This document shows, one piece after another, positions 10,350-20,756 of a stretch of DNA of 64,000 bases. This DNA is from Candidatus Bathyarchaeota archaeon (GTDB taxonomy: Archaea > Thermoproteota > Bathyarchaeia > Bathyarchaeales > Bathycorpusculaceae). The notes under the pieces were generated by a model. It did not search any database. It worked only from the letters and a program-made list of their open reading frames with translations, and was not told the DNA's origin. The stretch covers positions 640,001 to 704,000 of the forward strand of contig OY970340.1 of assembly GCA_963717465.1 (NCBI GenBank), read 5' to 3'. Within the stretch, counting starts at the first letter, position 1. The number at the start of each line of letters is the position of its first letter. A program made the position numbers and the translations under genes.

Positions 10350-11009
10350 TTGTCTAGTCTAAAGTCAGTTCTGAAAGAAGTAAGAAAAGAACTCATGCAA
10401 AAAGATGAGATCAGGGAAGAAACCCACGACAGCATGCGGAAAGCAACTAGCCTATCAAAGCAGGCGATACTTCTTCTGCACCAAAAAAAACAAGAAGAAG
10501 CCGCGGGACTAATAGCAGAGGCTAAAGAAAGAATTTCCAACCTCCAAATCATGGCGAAAAAATATCCTGAAATTATTTACGGAGGTATGTTCAGCGCGGC
10601 TCTGCAAGAGTATTCAGAGGCCAACATATTTTTTGTGTTAATCAAGGAGTCACGCTTCGTGACGCCTAAAGAAATCAATGTGACCTCAGTGGATTACTTG
10701 CTTGGCATGGGAGATGTCGTGGGCGAGTATAGGCGCCAAGCCTTGGATGCATTACGCGAAGGTGATGCGGAGAAAGGAGAAAAATGCCTTGAAATTATGG
10801 ATGAGATATTCATAGAGTTAATGGCTCTTGACGAGGCATACATGCTAGTACCAGGATTAAGAAGAAAAACTGATGTTGCAAGACGAATCATCGAAATAAC
10901 TCGTGGAGATATAACTCAAGAAGTTAGAAGAAAATCACTAGAAGACTTCTTGAAAAAGTTCGAGTTTCCCAGCAAAGTAAAAAAGCAGGCTAAGAAAGAC
11001 CACGATTGA
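10350..11009 (+). CDS. Translin/TRAX family protein
   Basis: QEYSEA, YLLGMGDVVGE, LRRKTDVAR. Confidence 0.88.
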   Translation: MSSLKSVLKEVRKELMQKDEIREETHDSMRKATSLSKQAILLLHQKKQEEAAGLIAEAKERISNLQIMAKKYPEIIYGGMFSAALQEYSEANIFFVLIKESRFVTPKEINVTSVDYLLGMGDVVGEYRRQALDALREGDAEKGEKCLEIMDEIFIELMALDEAYMLVPGLRRKTDVARRIIEITRGDITQEVRRKSLEDFLKKFEFPSKVKKQAKKDHD

Positions 11010-11673
11010 GCCGCCATTTAAAGTCAGATTTTCAGTTAAAAAAGCTCGCAATGCGCAGAGGCTTTTATGCCAAAAAATTATATCCGAAGATAGACTGCCT
11101 CAAAAAATAAGAACCGTCGCCGGCGTAGACGTGTCATACTTTGGCGACAAGTGCATCGGCTGCGTCACAGTTTTAGATTTTGATTCTCTTGAACTTTTGG
11201 AAACGCAGACTGCAATCTGCCCAGTTAGAATTCCCTATATCCCAACTCTGCTTTCGTTTCGTGAAATGCCGCCAGCAATTGCTTGTATCAAGAAATTGAA
11301 GCTTAATCCAGACGTCCTCTTAGTCGACGCGCAAGGATTCGCTCATCCATACCGGTGCGGATTTGCCAGTCATCTCGGATTAGCTTTAAGCAAAGCTACT
11401 GTTGGAGCGGCAAAGAGCAGGTTAATCGGTGAACCAGTTAAAGTCAATGATAGAGTCTTATTGATTGATAAGGATGAGATTGTGGGGGCAGTGGTAACAA
11501 CTAAGCAGGGTTTAAAACCATTATACGTGAGCGTGGGTCACATGGTTTCCCTTGAAACAGCAATAAAAATCGTTAATCACTGTTCAAGAAGCCGCATTCC
11601 TGAGCCTCTGTTGCAAGCTCACAGGTTAGCAACGAAGGAAAGAAGACTTTTAGAAGAACACGTTAAAGTTTAG
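11006..11673 (+). CDS. nfi: Endonuclease V; homopolymer frameshift near 11030
   Basis: AGVDVSY, PYIPTLLSFRE, DAQGFAHP, YVSVGH, RIPEPL. Confidence 0.92.
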
Positions 11674-11724
11674 ACAAAAACATTATCTTAAGCGTTGACT
11701 ATCGCAAATGTGGTGGATGAGAAA

Positions 11725-12054
11725 ATGGCTGAAGTTACATTTGGAGATTTTCAGAAATTGGATTTTCGCGTTGGGAAAATAATTGAGGCATCACCTGTTC
11801 CAGATAGCAAGAAATTGATTCGGATCATGGTTGATTTTGGATCGGAGAAAAGGCAAGCAATAGCAGGACTCTTAAAATGGTATAAGCCTGAGGATTTGAT
11901 TGGAAGAAAATGTGTTTTCTTGTTGAATTTGCAGAAGCGTATGTTAGCAGGTTTGGAATCTCAATGCATGATTTTAGCTGCTGAGGATGAAAATGGCAAT
12001 GTAACTGTGCTTATCCCTGAAAAGGATATAACAGAAGGAAGTAAAGTCGGCTAA
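11725..12054 (+). CDS. tRNA-binding OB-fold protein (Trbp111/CsaA/MetRS C-domain)
   Basis: FQKLDFRVGKI, NLQKR.LAGLESQCMILAA. Confidence 0.9.
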   Translation: MAEVTFGDFQKLDFRVGKIIEASPVPDSKKLIRIMVDFGSEKRQAIAGLLKWYKPEDLIGRKCVFLLNLQKRMLAGLESQCMILAAEDENGNVTVLIPEKDITEGSKVG

Positions 12055-12163
12055 TTTTCAGCTTTAGGGTCATAGAATTCGCCAGTTTTATTTCTTCAAA
12101 TCATGGAAAAGTAAATTAAGAATGCAAAACAAGTTAAGCCTACATTTATTTGGTGAGTAATTC

Positions 12164-13171
12164 ATGGCGACAAGCGAAGAAGCATTAATGTGGGTTGAAA
12201 AGTACCGTCCTAAAACTCTAAATGAGGTTGTGGATCTAAAGGACATTGTTGAGAGTCTCAAGGCTTTTTTGAAAAACCCAAAAACAATGCCGCATCTACT
12301 GTTAACTGGTATACCTGGCACGGGAAAAACAACTGTTGCCCTCTGCATTGCCCATGAATTGTTCGGTTCAAATTGGAAATCTTTTACGCTTGAGTTGAAC
12401 GCTTCTGATGAGAGGGGAATTGATACTGTACGGGATAGGGTAAAGGATTTCTCGCGTTATAGTCGTTCAGGTTTTGGCGATGTCCCGTTTGCCTTGATTG
12501 TGCTTGATGAATGTGATCAGATGACTGGTCCAGCTCAAACTGCGCTTAGAAGAATAATGGAGATAGGTTCCCGAACATCCAGGTTTATTTTGATTTGTAA
12601 TCAATCGAGCAAGATTATCGAGCCGATTCAGAGCCGTTGTGCAGTATTTCGGTTTTCGAAGCTTGATAGGAATGCGATGGTAGAGCATTTGCAGGTTATT
12701 GCTAAGAGGGAGAAGGTTAATTTGTCATCTGAAGCGGCGGAGAGAATAGTTGATTATTCTGAGGGTGACTTAAGGCATGCTATTAATGCTTTGCAGACGG
12801 CAGCTGTGTACAAGGAGCAGGGAGGCGTGGTGGATGAGAAGACTGTTCTTCAAGTAATCGGTGAAGCCAGTCCGAAGCAGGTTCAAATGATGCTAAATAA
12901 AGCCTTGAATGGTGATTTTATTGAAGCGAGAAAGATAATGTATGATTTGATGGGTTCGTTTGGTTTTTCTGGTTCGGATATTATTCGTCAGATGCAGCGG
13001 GAGCTTTTCAAGTTATCTTACATTTCGATGGAGCAGAAGGCGGAATTGAGTGATATTATCGGTGAATACGATTATCGTTTAACTCAAGGAGCCAACAGCG
13101 ACATACAGTTAAGCGCGTTGTTAGCCCAGTTTGCCAAAATTGGGAAGGCATCCAAAGGGGAAGATACTTGA
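12164..13171 (+). CDS. rfcS: Replication factor C small subunit
   Basis: WVEKYRP, Walker A GIPGTGKT, ELNASDERG, SRC motif; no intein. Confidence 0.96.
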   Translation: MATSEEALMWVEKYRPKTLNEVVDLKDIVESLKAFLKNPKTMPHLLLTGIPGTGKTTVALCIAHELFGSNWKSFTLELNASDERGIDTVRDRVKDFSRYSRSGFGDVPFALIVLDECDQMTGPAQTALRRIMEIGSRTSRFILICNQSSKIIEPIQSRCAVFRFSKLDRNAMVEHLQVIAKREKVNLSSEAAERIVDYSEGDLRHAINALQTAAVYKEQGGVVDEKTVLQVIGEASPKQVQMMLNKALNGDFIEARKIMYDLMGSFGFSGSDIIRQMQRELFKLSYISMEQKAELSDIIGEYDYRLTQGANSDIQLSALLAQFAKIGKASKGEDT

Positions 13172-14397
13172 AAGATGACCTTTTATGGGTTGAAAAGTAC
13201 AGGCCACATAAGATAGCTGACGTTGTTGGTAACGATGAAGCGAAAGCGGCGTTTATTGAATGGTTTAGGAATAAGCGGCATACGAAAAAAGCAGTCTTGC
13301 TTTATGGACCTCCTGGTGTAGGGAAAACTACGCTTGTTAATGCTGCCGCTAACGAGTTTGGCTTTCGAGTTATCGAAATGAACGCGAGTGATACGCGTAC
13401 TGAAAAAGCAATAAATAAAGTTGCGGGCAAAGCAACCTCATACGTCGGCTTAGACACTTTCTCGTCTGATAGCAAAGGCAACGTAGTTTTTCTTGACGAG
13501 GTGGATGGCATCGCTGGGAATGAGGATCGAGGAGGAGTTTCCGCAATAATAGAGATAGTTGAGAATTCCAGGGTTCCAGTGATTATGGCTGCTAATGATC
13601 CTGATATTGAAAAGCTTAGACCGTTAAAGAAAGTTTGCGCCTTGATTAGGTTCCAACAAGTTCGTTTACCCCTAATAATTTTGACGCTGCAGAAGATTTG
13701 TAAAAGTGAAGGCGTGAAAGCAGAATTTAAGGCGCTTGAAAAAATTGCGTTGAACAGTCGAGGCGACGTACGATCTGCAATTAACGATTTACAAAGCTTA
13801 AGCGAAACAGACAAGACGCTTACAATGAAGGATACGGAAATGCTTGGCTTTAGAAACCAAGACATGAACATGTATGAAACGCTGAAACAGTACTTTTCGG
13901 CAAAATCCTTCAATGATGCTTCAATCTTGCTGAGCCGCTCAAACGTTGACTATGACGATTTAATGTTGTCGATTGGCGATAATTTGCCCAAGCGCTACAT
14001 TGACGTAGTTGACTTAGCTGCTAGTTATGAGTTTGTTTCTCAAGCGGATGTTTTTCGGGGAAGAATCGGTACTGAGAGCTGGCATCTGTTAAAGTATTAT
14101 TTTAATTGTCTTGCTCAGGCTGCAGCGGTTTCGCCTGAAACGTATAAGCCTTTTGATTTTATTATGCCGCCGATTAGGATTATTTCTTTGTTTTGGAGTA
14201 AGGGTAAACGGACCATGCTTGATAGTATATGTGGCAAGATAGGAGCACGGTGCCATGTTTCCAAAAGAACTGCCAAGGAAGATTTTGTTCCCCTTGTTAA
14301 GAGCATTCTTCAAAGAAGAAAAACTGACCCGATAATTGGCTACTTTGAGTTTACGCCTGAAGAAGTTGATCACTTACTAAACATGAACAGGTTTTAG
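13168..14397 (+). CDS. rfcL: Replication factor C large subunit
   Basis: WVEKYRP, GPPGVGKT, EMNASD, DEVDG; overlaps the rfcS stop. Confidence 0.95.
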   Translation: MKDDLLWVEKYRPHKIADVVGNDEAKAAFIEWFRNKRHTKKAVLLYGPPGVGKTTLVNAAANEFGFRVIEMNASDTRTEKAINKVAGKATSYVGLDTFSSDSKGNVVFLDEVDGIAGNEDRGGVSAIIEIVENSRVPVIMAANDPDIEKLRPLKKVCALIRFQQVRLPLIILTLQKICKSEGVKAEFKALEKIALNSRGDVRSAINDLQSLSETDKTLTMKDTEMLGFRNQDMNMYETLKQYFSAKSFNDASILLSRSNVDYDDLMLSIGDNLPKRYIDVVDLAASYEFVSQADVFRGRIGTESWHLLKYYFNCLAQAAAVSPETYKPFDFIMPPIRIISLFWSKGKRTMLDSICGKIGARCHVSKRTAKEDFVPLVKSILQRRKTDPIIGYFEFTPEEVDHLLNMNRF

Positions 14398-14409
14398 GAG
14401 GAAAAATGG

Positions 14410-14730
14410 ATGGTTGTTCTGAACAAGAAATCTTTCAAATTGCCGCGGATTGAAAAAGAAAAATTTGTTTCGCTGATGAGGATGGGAGTGGAGTATAATC
14501 GGGAGCAGGGCGTTTATTCGTTTAGCAGTTATAATAATATTGAAAAAGTCATTGATGCGCTTTCGGATATTTTGAAGATTGAGGTGCTTTTCTCGCAGAG
14601 TTGTACGGTTTGTGGAAAAGATTTTCCTTGCTCCGATTGCAGCTATTGTGATTTGTGTTCTACTAAGAATCTTCCTTTCAGTTGTGTATGTCCCCAGTGC
14701 TTGATTTTGGAAGAAGCGGTTAAGAACTAG
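14410..14730 (+). CDS. Hypothetical protein with C-terminal Cys cluster
   Basis: CTVC...CSDCSYCDLC...CVCPQC; GGAGG RBS upstream. Confidence 0.75.
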   Translation: MVVLNKKSFKLPRIEKEKFVSLMRMGVEYNREQGVYSFSSYNNIEKVIDALSDILKIEVLFSQSCTVCGKDFPCSDCSYCDLCSTKNLPFSCVCPQCLILEEAVKN

Positions 14731-15218
14731 TTTTGTTAGGGCTTATTGATTTGTCTTGCTTTCTTTTTTTAACTGCGTAACCTGCAAAATCATAGAAATT
14801 CCTTCAAATTCAAAATTTGGAATGGCCTGAAAATCTCGGAAAACCCAGCAGCAGAAGGGGAAAGTATAAACAAAGTGAAAAAAGTCTAGAAATTGGTTCT
14901 CCTGCAGGCTGCCCTTTCTAACCCTGGAAGAACAAAGGATACGAAAGGCTCGAGGCCTTGCAGTTTTAATTGGAAATGTCCAGAAATGTCCTGAAAACGA
15001 GGAAAACCCATGAATAACATGGAAAATCTGGAAAAAATCCTGGTAATTCTGGGAGCAGTATTGTGAATGCTGAAAAATTATAACGGTGTGATGTTTCTGT
15101 GTGAAACTGAAAAGATGGAGCGCAGAAAAGTTGTTATTCTGGAGATAATTATGAGTGTTCAAAGTCATTTTTTGGAAATGTTTAATTTTTTTCTTTGGGT
15201 TATATTATTGTGGTAAGC

Positions 15219-15662
15219 ATGGAGTATGAATTGCTTTTTAAGGTGCCAAAGAATGATGCTCACAGGTTGCGTAAAGAAGCTGCGGTTAAGTTTCTAAGTT
15301 TAATTGCTGCGGGCAAACCTAAAGACGGCTTAGTTTTCTTTGCTTCTAATTGCTTAACGCATAATCCCTATACTGTTGGCGACATGGATGCGTTGACAGA
15401 TGCGATGATTGAGGTGCAAAAACGTGGCAGTGAAGGAATAGTGAAGGGTTCAAAAGCTAACTTTAAACTTTCTATACGGCGGGTGCTCGCTGAAGGAGAC
15501 CTTGTTGCAGTGCACACGGTACTATCCGGTTCCAACCCGGGTGAAGGCGGGTTGCGGCAGATTCATCTTTTCCGTTTCAAACGTAACAAGATTGTTGAGT
15601 ACTGGGACATCACTCAGTTCATTCCTGAAGGGGCGCCCAACGCATCTGGAGCATTTTCTTGA
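15219..15662 (+). CDS. SnoaL/NTF2-like protein
   Basis: THNPY, AEGDLVAVH, HLFRF...KIVEYWD. Confidence 0.85.
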   Translation: MEYELLFKVPKNDAHRLRKEAAVKFLSLIAAGKPKDGLVFFASNCLTHNPYTVGDMDALTDAMIEVQKRGSEGIVKGSKANFKLSIRRVLAEGDLVAVHTVLSGSNPGEGGLRQIHLFRFKRNKIVEYWDITQFIPEGAPNASGAFS

Positions 15663-15707
15663 GACCTCGAGGTTATTTTGCAAGACTTTGGTTGTTTGTT
15701 AAGTTTT

Positions 15708-16052
15708 TTACCAGCCATGTTTGATGATTGATGGTGTTAGAGGATGCTTATTTTCCTTGATTTTTTTGTGGCGTTTAAACTTGTTTATTTTGACTACGTT
15801 TTTTTCAAGAGTTGCCCAGTAAGCGTTGTTCAGGTTTTTGTGGTAAACGAACTTGTTCACGATCCTTTCCAGTTCTTGCGGGGAAACCTGTTCTGCGTTT
15901 AACTCTAACCCTTCGTGGCTTGATGATGAGTTTAGGTTAAACTGAGAGTGCATGAAACTTGAAAGAGCCTCTTTCTCGCCTTGCAGATCGCCCATGTCCA
16001 CCTTTAAATGAGATTCATGTTTGAAGACCAATTTTATCGACGACAAATACAT
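15708..16052 (-). CDS. Hypothetical protein, possible eL22-like fold (copy 1)
   Basis: Near-identical paralog at 18020-18373; S.QEL.RIVNKF.YH.NL..Y.V pattern. Confidence 0.7.
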   Translation of the reverse strand: MYLSSIKLVFKHESHLKVDMGDLQGEKEALSSFMHSQFNLNSSSSHEGLELNAEQVSPQELERIVNKFVYHKNLNNAYWATLEKNVVKINKFKRHKKIKENKHPLTPSIIKHGW

Positions 16053-16717
16053 GGAGCTATAACTATTAAAGTATGCTTAAAATTGACCTGTTTGAAATCA
16101 TAACGCTAATACGCCAGTTGAAGCAGTCAAACCTGCAACAGCCCACTATTGAAGATTGAAAGAATTGGTAAAAATCAGGAAATTCCGAGAAGTGAGTGCA
16201 TGGAAAATTTTGAAAGAAATCAAAAGACATGTAGTTCACGCTCTCCTAACGCTAGGAACGCTGTAGCGGAAGAGCTCCTAACATTTGGAGATGGAAAGAC
16301 ATTAGCATCTCCATTAAGAGAGGGCGAAGGAGGGATATAAAAAAACGCTCCTGATTGTTAGTAGTAAAATTTGCAAAAAGTGCAGTAAAAGTGATTTTCT
16401 TGGATAAGAATCTGCTCAAAAAACGCCTCTTTTAGTTAAAACTCGAAGGAAATAGTTTTACGCTTAAGGAAATTTTTGCAGAAACATCCATCAAATTCGC
16501 GTGCCATACAGCTACCGCTTATCGAAAACGTGCTCAAGAGCCACTTAGCAGGGCTAAGAATTGTCGCGTGCAACTATACCATAAAGCCAGCTTCAAGTGT
16601 TCTCAAGCCAAACGCGATCGAGCACGCATCACGGCTTTGACCCCAAACGTGCGGTCGTTATCGCCAATTTTCCCTTTCTCCGCAACTTTCCTTTTTCTTT
16701 TTGAATGTTGCAATCTC

Positions 16718-16745
16718 TGGAGCGGCGGGTCCGGTGGAATTCACC
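16718..16745 (-). repeat. Degenerate tRNA 3'-end-like fragment
   Basis: Reverse complement GGTGAATTCCACCGGACCCGCCGCTCCA resembles a T-arm plus acceptor 3' strand. Confidence 0.35.
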
Positions 16746-16984
16746 TAAAAAATTAAGCGAATCCTCGTTTAAGAACCGCTATCAATAGGGTGGCGATCAT
16801 ATCTTCATTATGATGTGAACATTTATAGTCGTAAGTTACCTATCTTAGTCAGCGGAATGGAACCGCTAAGTATAACTTAAAAGGAAACCGCAAACTCGAA
16901 GATATTCGAGAATGCGGGTCTTTACTCCTGAGCCAGTGTGTTTGAATGCGGGTCAAGAAATTATGACTGAAGGATTAGACACTT

Positions 16985-17875
16985 ATGAAAAGGCCATTTG
17001 AAGTAGATGTCTCAGAATACCCGTTCAGGGACAATTGGCTGTCTTATCGTGATGGGTATATTCATTATCTTGATGAGGGAAAAGGACCTACCGTTCTGCT
17101 TCTTCACGGAAATCCCACGTGGTCGTATATTTACAGAAATATCATTAAGGAATTGCGAGGAGAATGTCGCTTAATCGCTTTGGATTATCCGGGATTCGGG
17201 ATGTCAAAAGCACCTTCTCAATATGGGTTTACACCCCAAGAACAATCAGAGGCGGTCCTCGAATTGATCCGTCGCTTGGAATTAAAGAACATCGTCCTTG
17301 TGGTTCAAGATTGGGGTGGACCCATTGGTATGAACTATGCAGTTCAGAATAGATCGAACCTTCGCGGCCTTGTGGTGATGAACACTTGGGCATGGCCCGC
17401 ATCCTTTCTTCAAAGACTATTCTCCCTTGTGATGGGAGGATGGCCCCTCGGGTACTGGCTTCAAACACACCGAAATTACTTTGCAAAAGCGATGTTACCC
17501 GATGGGATTTTCCACAAGGAAAAGGTTACACCTAGTTTGAGAAAAGCTTATACCGACCCATTCCCGACGGTGGACTCAAGAAAACCCACTTATATTTTCC
17601 CGGGGCAAATCCGAAAAGCGCATGCGTGGCTGGGAAAGATTGAGTCAAAACTCCCGATTCTTAGTGACCTGCCAACACAAATTCTCTGGGGGGATAAGAA
17701 CGATCCAGGTTTCGGACCTAAAGAACTGAAAAAGTGGCAAGGATTTCTCAAGATGCAGGAAACTGAGACCCTTGATGATGCCTCGCACTCTGTTCAAGAA
17801 GATCGACCTGATCGGGTTGTCGCGGCTATTCGAAGAGTTCTTGAGAGAACGCAAGACCAAGTCGAATCAAAGTAG
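16985..17875 (+). CDS. Alpha/beta hydrolase, haloalkane dehalogenase / OleB-like
   Basis: HGNPTWSY, QDWGGPIG nucleophile elbow, NTWAWP, catalytic His in SHSVQED. Confidence 0.88.
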   Translation: MKRPFEVDVSEYPFRDNWLSYRDGYIHYLDEGKGPTVLLLHGNPTWSYIYRNIIKELRGECRLIALDYPGFGMSKAPSQYGFTPQEQSEAVLELIRRLELKNIVLVVQDWGGPIGMNYAVQNRSNLRGLVVMNTWAWPASFLQRLFSLVMGGWPLGYWLQTHRNYFAKAMLPDGIFHKEKVTPSLRKAYTDPFPTVDSRKPTYIFPGQIRKAHAWLGKIESKLPILSDLPTQILWGDKNDPGFGPKELKKWQGFLKMQETETLDDASHSVQEDRPDRVVAAIRRVLERTQDQVESK

Positions 17876-18019
17876 TTCGAAAAGTCTCATAGCGAAAGGC
17901 AGCTGTCGTGGTAGACTTGCCGATAGAAGTTTTGGTGATGATTTAAAGGATGAGCATACATGTCAACGTATGCTGTGTGGCCTCGTGTCTCTTTATTGAT
18001 GACCTAAAAGACAGAGGAC

Positions 18020-18373
18020 CTATGCTCTTGATCTGGGAATGTACCAGCTGTGTTCATAAGGTGAATACATGATTGGCTTCAGAGGATGCTTGTTTTCTTT
18101 GATTTTTTTGTGGCGTTTATACTTGTTTATTTTGACGACGTTTTTTTCGAGTCTAACCCAGTAAGTGTTATTTAAGTTCTGATGGTAAAGGAACTTGTTA
18201 ACGATCCTTTTCAGTTCTTGAGGGGAGACTTTTTCTGTATTTAACTGCAATCCTTCGTTGCTTGATGAGGAGTTCAGATTAAACTGAGAAAGCATAAAAC
18301 TTGAAAGACCTTCTCTTTCACCTTTCAATTCACCCATGTCCACTTTTAAATGTGATTCATGTTTGAAGGTCAC
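18020..18373 (-). CDS. Hypothetical protein, possible eL22-like fold (copy 2)
   Basis: Paralog of 15708-16052, including similar upstream sequence. Confidence 0.7.
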   Translation of the reverse strand: MTFKHESHLKVDMGELKGEREGLSSFMLSQFNLNSSSSNEGLQLNTEKVSPQELKRIVNKFLYHQNLNNTYWVRLEKNVVKINKYKRHKKIKENKHPLKPIMYSPYEHSWYIPRSRA

Positions 18374-18584
18374 ATTTCATCAACAACCAGTACATTGAGC
18401 TTATGGCTATTAAAAGCTATTTAAGCCTCCACCGTTGAACTCAATACAATAAACACGCGGGATGATTACTCCTGAATTAGTTTTCGAAGCATATAGAAAT
18501 CCAGAATTCTTAAAACACGAGTTGCCTGTAAGGTAATTCTTATCTAGTTATTCATGATTAACATTTGTTGCAGAGTGCTTGTTT

Positions 18585-19835
18585 ATGACAGAAGAACATA
18601 CACCCTTAACTGTTGCTCTAGCTCAACTTGAACTTGCAGCTAAAAAATTAAAACTTGAATCTGGAATCCACAAGATGCTTAGTCAACCGAAACGTTCCAT
18701 ACTGGTCTCAATTGACATTCGTATGGATAACGGGTCTATCGGCGTTTTCAACGGGGTTCGGGTTCAGCATTGGGATGTGCGTGGACCATTCAAAGGCGGG
18801 ATCAGGTATTATCCGAACATTACTCTTGATGAGGTTACTGCTTTGTCTATGCTTATGACTTGGAAGTGCGCTATTGCGGATATTCCGTTCGGTGGAGCAA
18901 AAGGCGGAGTCTGTGTTGACTCAAAAAAATTAAGCAAGCATGAACTTGAACGATTAACCAGAAGATACGTCAGCTTAATTTTCGATTACCTTGGACCGCA
19001 TAGGGATATTCCAGCGCCAGATATGTACACTGACGGTCAAACTATGGCTTGGATTATGGATACGTACAGTCAGTTTAAGGGTTACAGTGTTCCCGAATGT
19101 GTAACTGGCAAACCTGTGGAAATCGGCGGTTCAGAAGGCAGAATCCAAGCTACAGGCAGAGGCGTAATACACTGTGTTAAGCAAGCAGCCACGCAGATGG
19201 GTCTCAAACTTGGGAACGCTGAAGTTGCAATCCAAGGCTTTGGCAACGTTGGGTACCATGCAGCAGTTACAGCCAAAGAAATCGGCTGCAAAGTCGTTGC
19301 TGTAAGCGATTCAACAGGCGCAATCTACTGCAAAGACGGCTTAAACCCGCCTGATGTACTTTCGCATAAGGAGAAAACGGGTTCAGTGCAAAACTACAAG
19401 AACTGCAAAAATATGACGAATGAAGAACTTTTAGAACTCAGATGCGATGTGCTGATACCTGCTGCCTTAGAAAACCAAATCACCCGAAAAAACGCTGACA
19501 AAATCAAAGCTAAAATGGTGGCAGAAGCAGCAAACGGACCAACAACACCAGAAGCAGACAAAGCATTATACGAAAAAGACGTTTGCCTAATCCCAGATAT
19601 TTTAGCTAACAGCGGCGGAGTAACAGCAAGCTACTTTGAATGGGTACAAAACTTAACCCGCGAACACTGGACACTCGAAGAAGTCAACAAAAAACTAGAA
19701 GTAAAAATGACAAAAGCATACGACGACGTTCAAGCCCTAGCAAAAAAAGAAGGCTACGACATGCGCACAGGAGCACTAATGCTAGGCGTCGGAAGAGTTG
19801 CAAACGGAATAAAAACACTGGGATTGTGGCCTTAA
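18585..19835 (+). CDS. gdhA: Glutamate dehydrogenase
   Basis: GPFKGGIR, PFGGAKGG, DIPAPD, QGFGNVG, EAANGP, ANSGGV. Confidence 0.95.
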   Translation: MTEEHTPLTVALAQLELAAKKLKLESGIHKMLSQPKRSILVSIDIRMDNGSIGVFNGVRVQHWDVRGPFKGGIRYYPNITLDEVTALSMLMTWKCAIADIPFGGAKGGVCVDSKKLSKHELERLTRRYVSLIFDYLGPHRDIPAPDMYTDGQTMAWIMDTYSQFKGYSVPECVTGKPVEIGGSEGRIQATGRGVIHCVKQAATQMGLKLGNAEVAIQGFGNVGYHAAVTAKEIGCKVVAVSDSTGAIYCKDGLNPPDVLSHKEKTGSVQNYKNCKNMTNEELLELRCDVLIPAALENQITRKNADKIKAKMVAEAANGPTTPEADKALYEKDVCLIPDILANSGGVTASYFEWVQNLTREHWTLEEVNKKLEVKMTKAYDDVQALAKKEGYDMRTGALMLGVGRVANGIKTLGLWP

Positions 19836-19884
19836 CTGAAAGAAAATTGAGACATGCCCCCCTTGAGTGTAATAATGCTTGCTT

Positions 19885-20604
19885 TCAGTGGGGAACCTGT
19901 ATGGTTTTGGCTGTATATGGCGCCATTATTATGACTGAAGTTTGGGGCATTCCTTCTTTGACTTTTTGTTCAAACTGTTGTTTCTGTTTGTCTGATCCAT
20001 GCATAGTTATCGCGACGGCTGGCTTAACATCAATTACCATTTTGTAGGCGTTTTCAGGTGAAGCTGTTGGGGACAATCTTCCAACAGGAACAATGGCTAC
20101 TTGAGAAGGATAATCTTTGAGGTTCACGTACCCAGAGTCGCCTGCATGAAACAATGTTATGTCGTCCATTTTTATTTGATAGAGCATTATTGGGCCACGA
20201 TGAATTCCCTGGATGGCTGTCGCAGTGACGTCGCCTAAAGTGTAGGTTTTGCCGTTCTCTGCGCTTACAAGTTTATCAGAGGGCAGTTTCCCCTTAAGTT
20301 TGTTGGCCACTTTAGGCTCGGCAAGAACTGAAGCCGCCGTTGCCTTGAAGATCGCTTGCGTTTTTCCTGACGAGAAATGATCTGCATGGTCATGCGTAAA
20401 AAGAACCAGATTAACAGTCTTTAGGGCGCTTACTTCGTCATCCTTCAGCATCCCTGCAGGGTCAAACAGGACTGCTTGGTTAAGGCTTCTTATGATGAAA
20501 CCTGATACACCTAAATAAAAAACTGCGAGCTCATTTTTCTGCAGGGGCAAGGCGTAGAATCTACCAACCTCGTCTGCTTTGCTTTTTCTAAACATTTCCG
20601 TCAC
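19885..20604 (-). CDS. MBL-fold metallo-hydrolase
   Basis: THDHADH, HAGDS. Confidence 0.85.
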   Translation of the reverse strand: MTEMFRKSKADEVGRFYALPLQKNELAVFYLGVSGFIIRSLNQAVLFDPAGMLKDDEVSALKTVNLVLFTHDHADHFSSGKTQAIFKATAASVLAEPKVANKLKGKLPSDKLVSAENGKTYTLGDVTATAIQGIHRGPIMLYQIKMDDITLFHAGDSGYVNLKDYPSQVAIVPVGRLSPTASPENAYKMVIDVKPAVAITMHGSDKQKQQFEQKVKEGMPQTSVIIMAPYTAKTIQVPH

Positions 20605-20756
20605 CAGCTTCTCTTCGAGAGAATCAACTATAAAAAATTAACGCATGCTTGACGACCTGCCGAACTCTTTTGTTGCCACTTAACGCGATTTCTCCTTCGG
20701 CATTGCAATCGTGCTTAACTCGGTTCCATAAATTAACTGAAATGAGCGAGCGAGGT

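Noticed and set aside
14743..15168. 141-aa minus-strand ORF
   Set aside because: Phe/His-rich artefact of the GAAA repeats; no protein-like motifs.
16149..16756. Short ORFs 16149-16340 and 16568-16756
   Set aside because: No recognisable motifs or expression signals; probably non-coding or decayed DNA.
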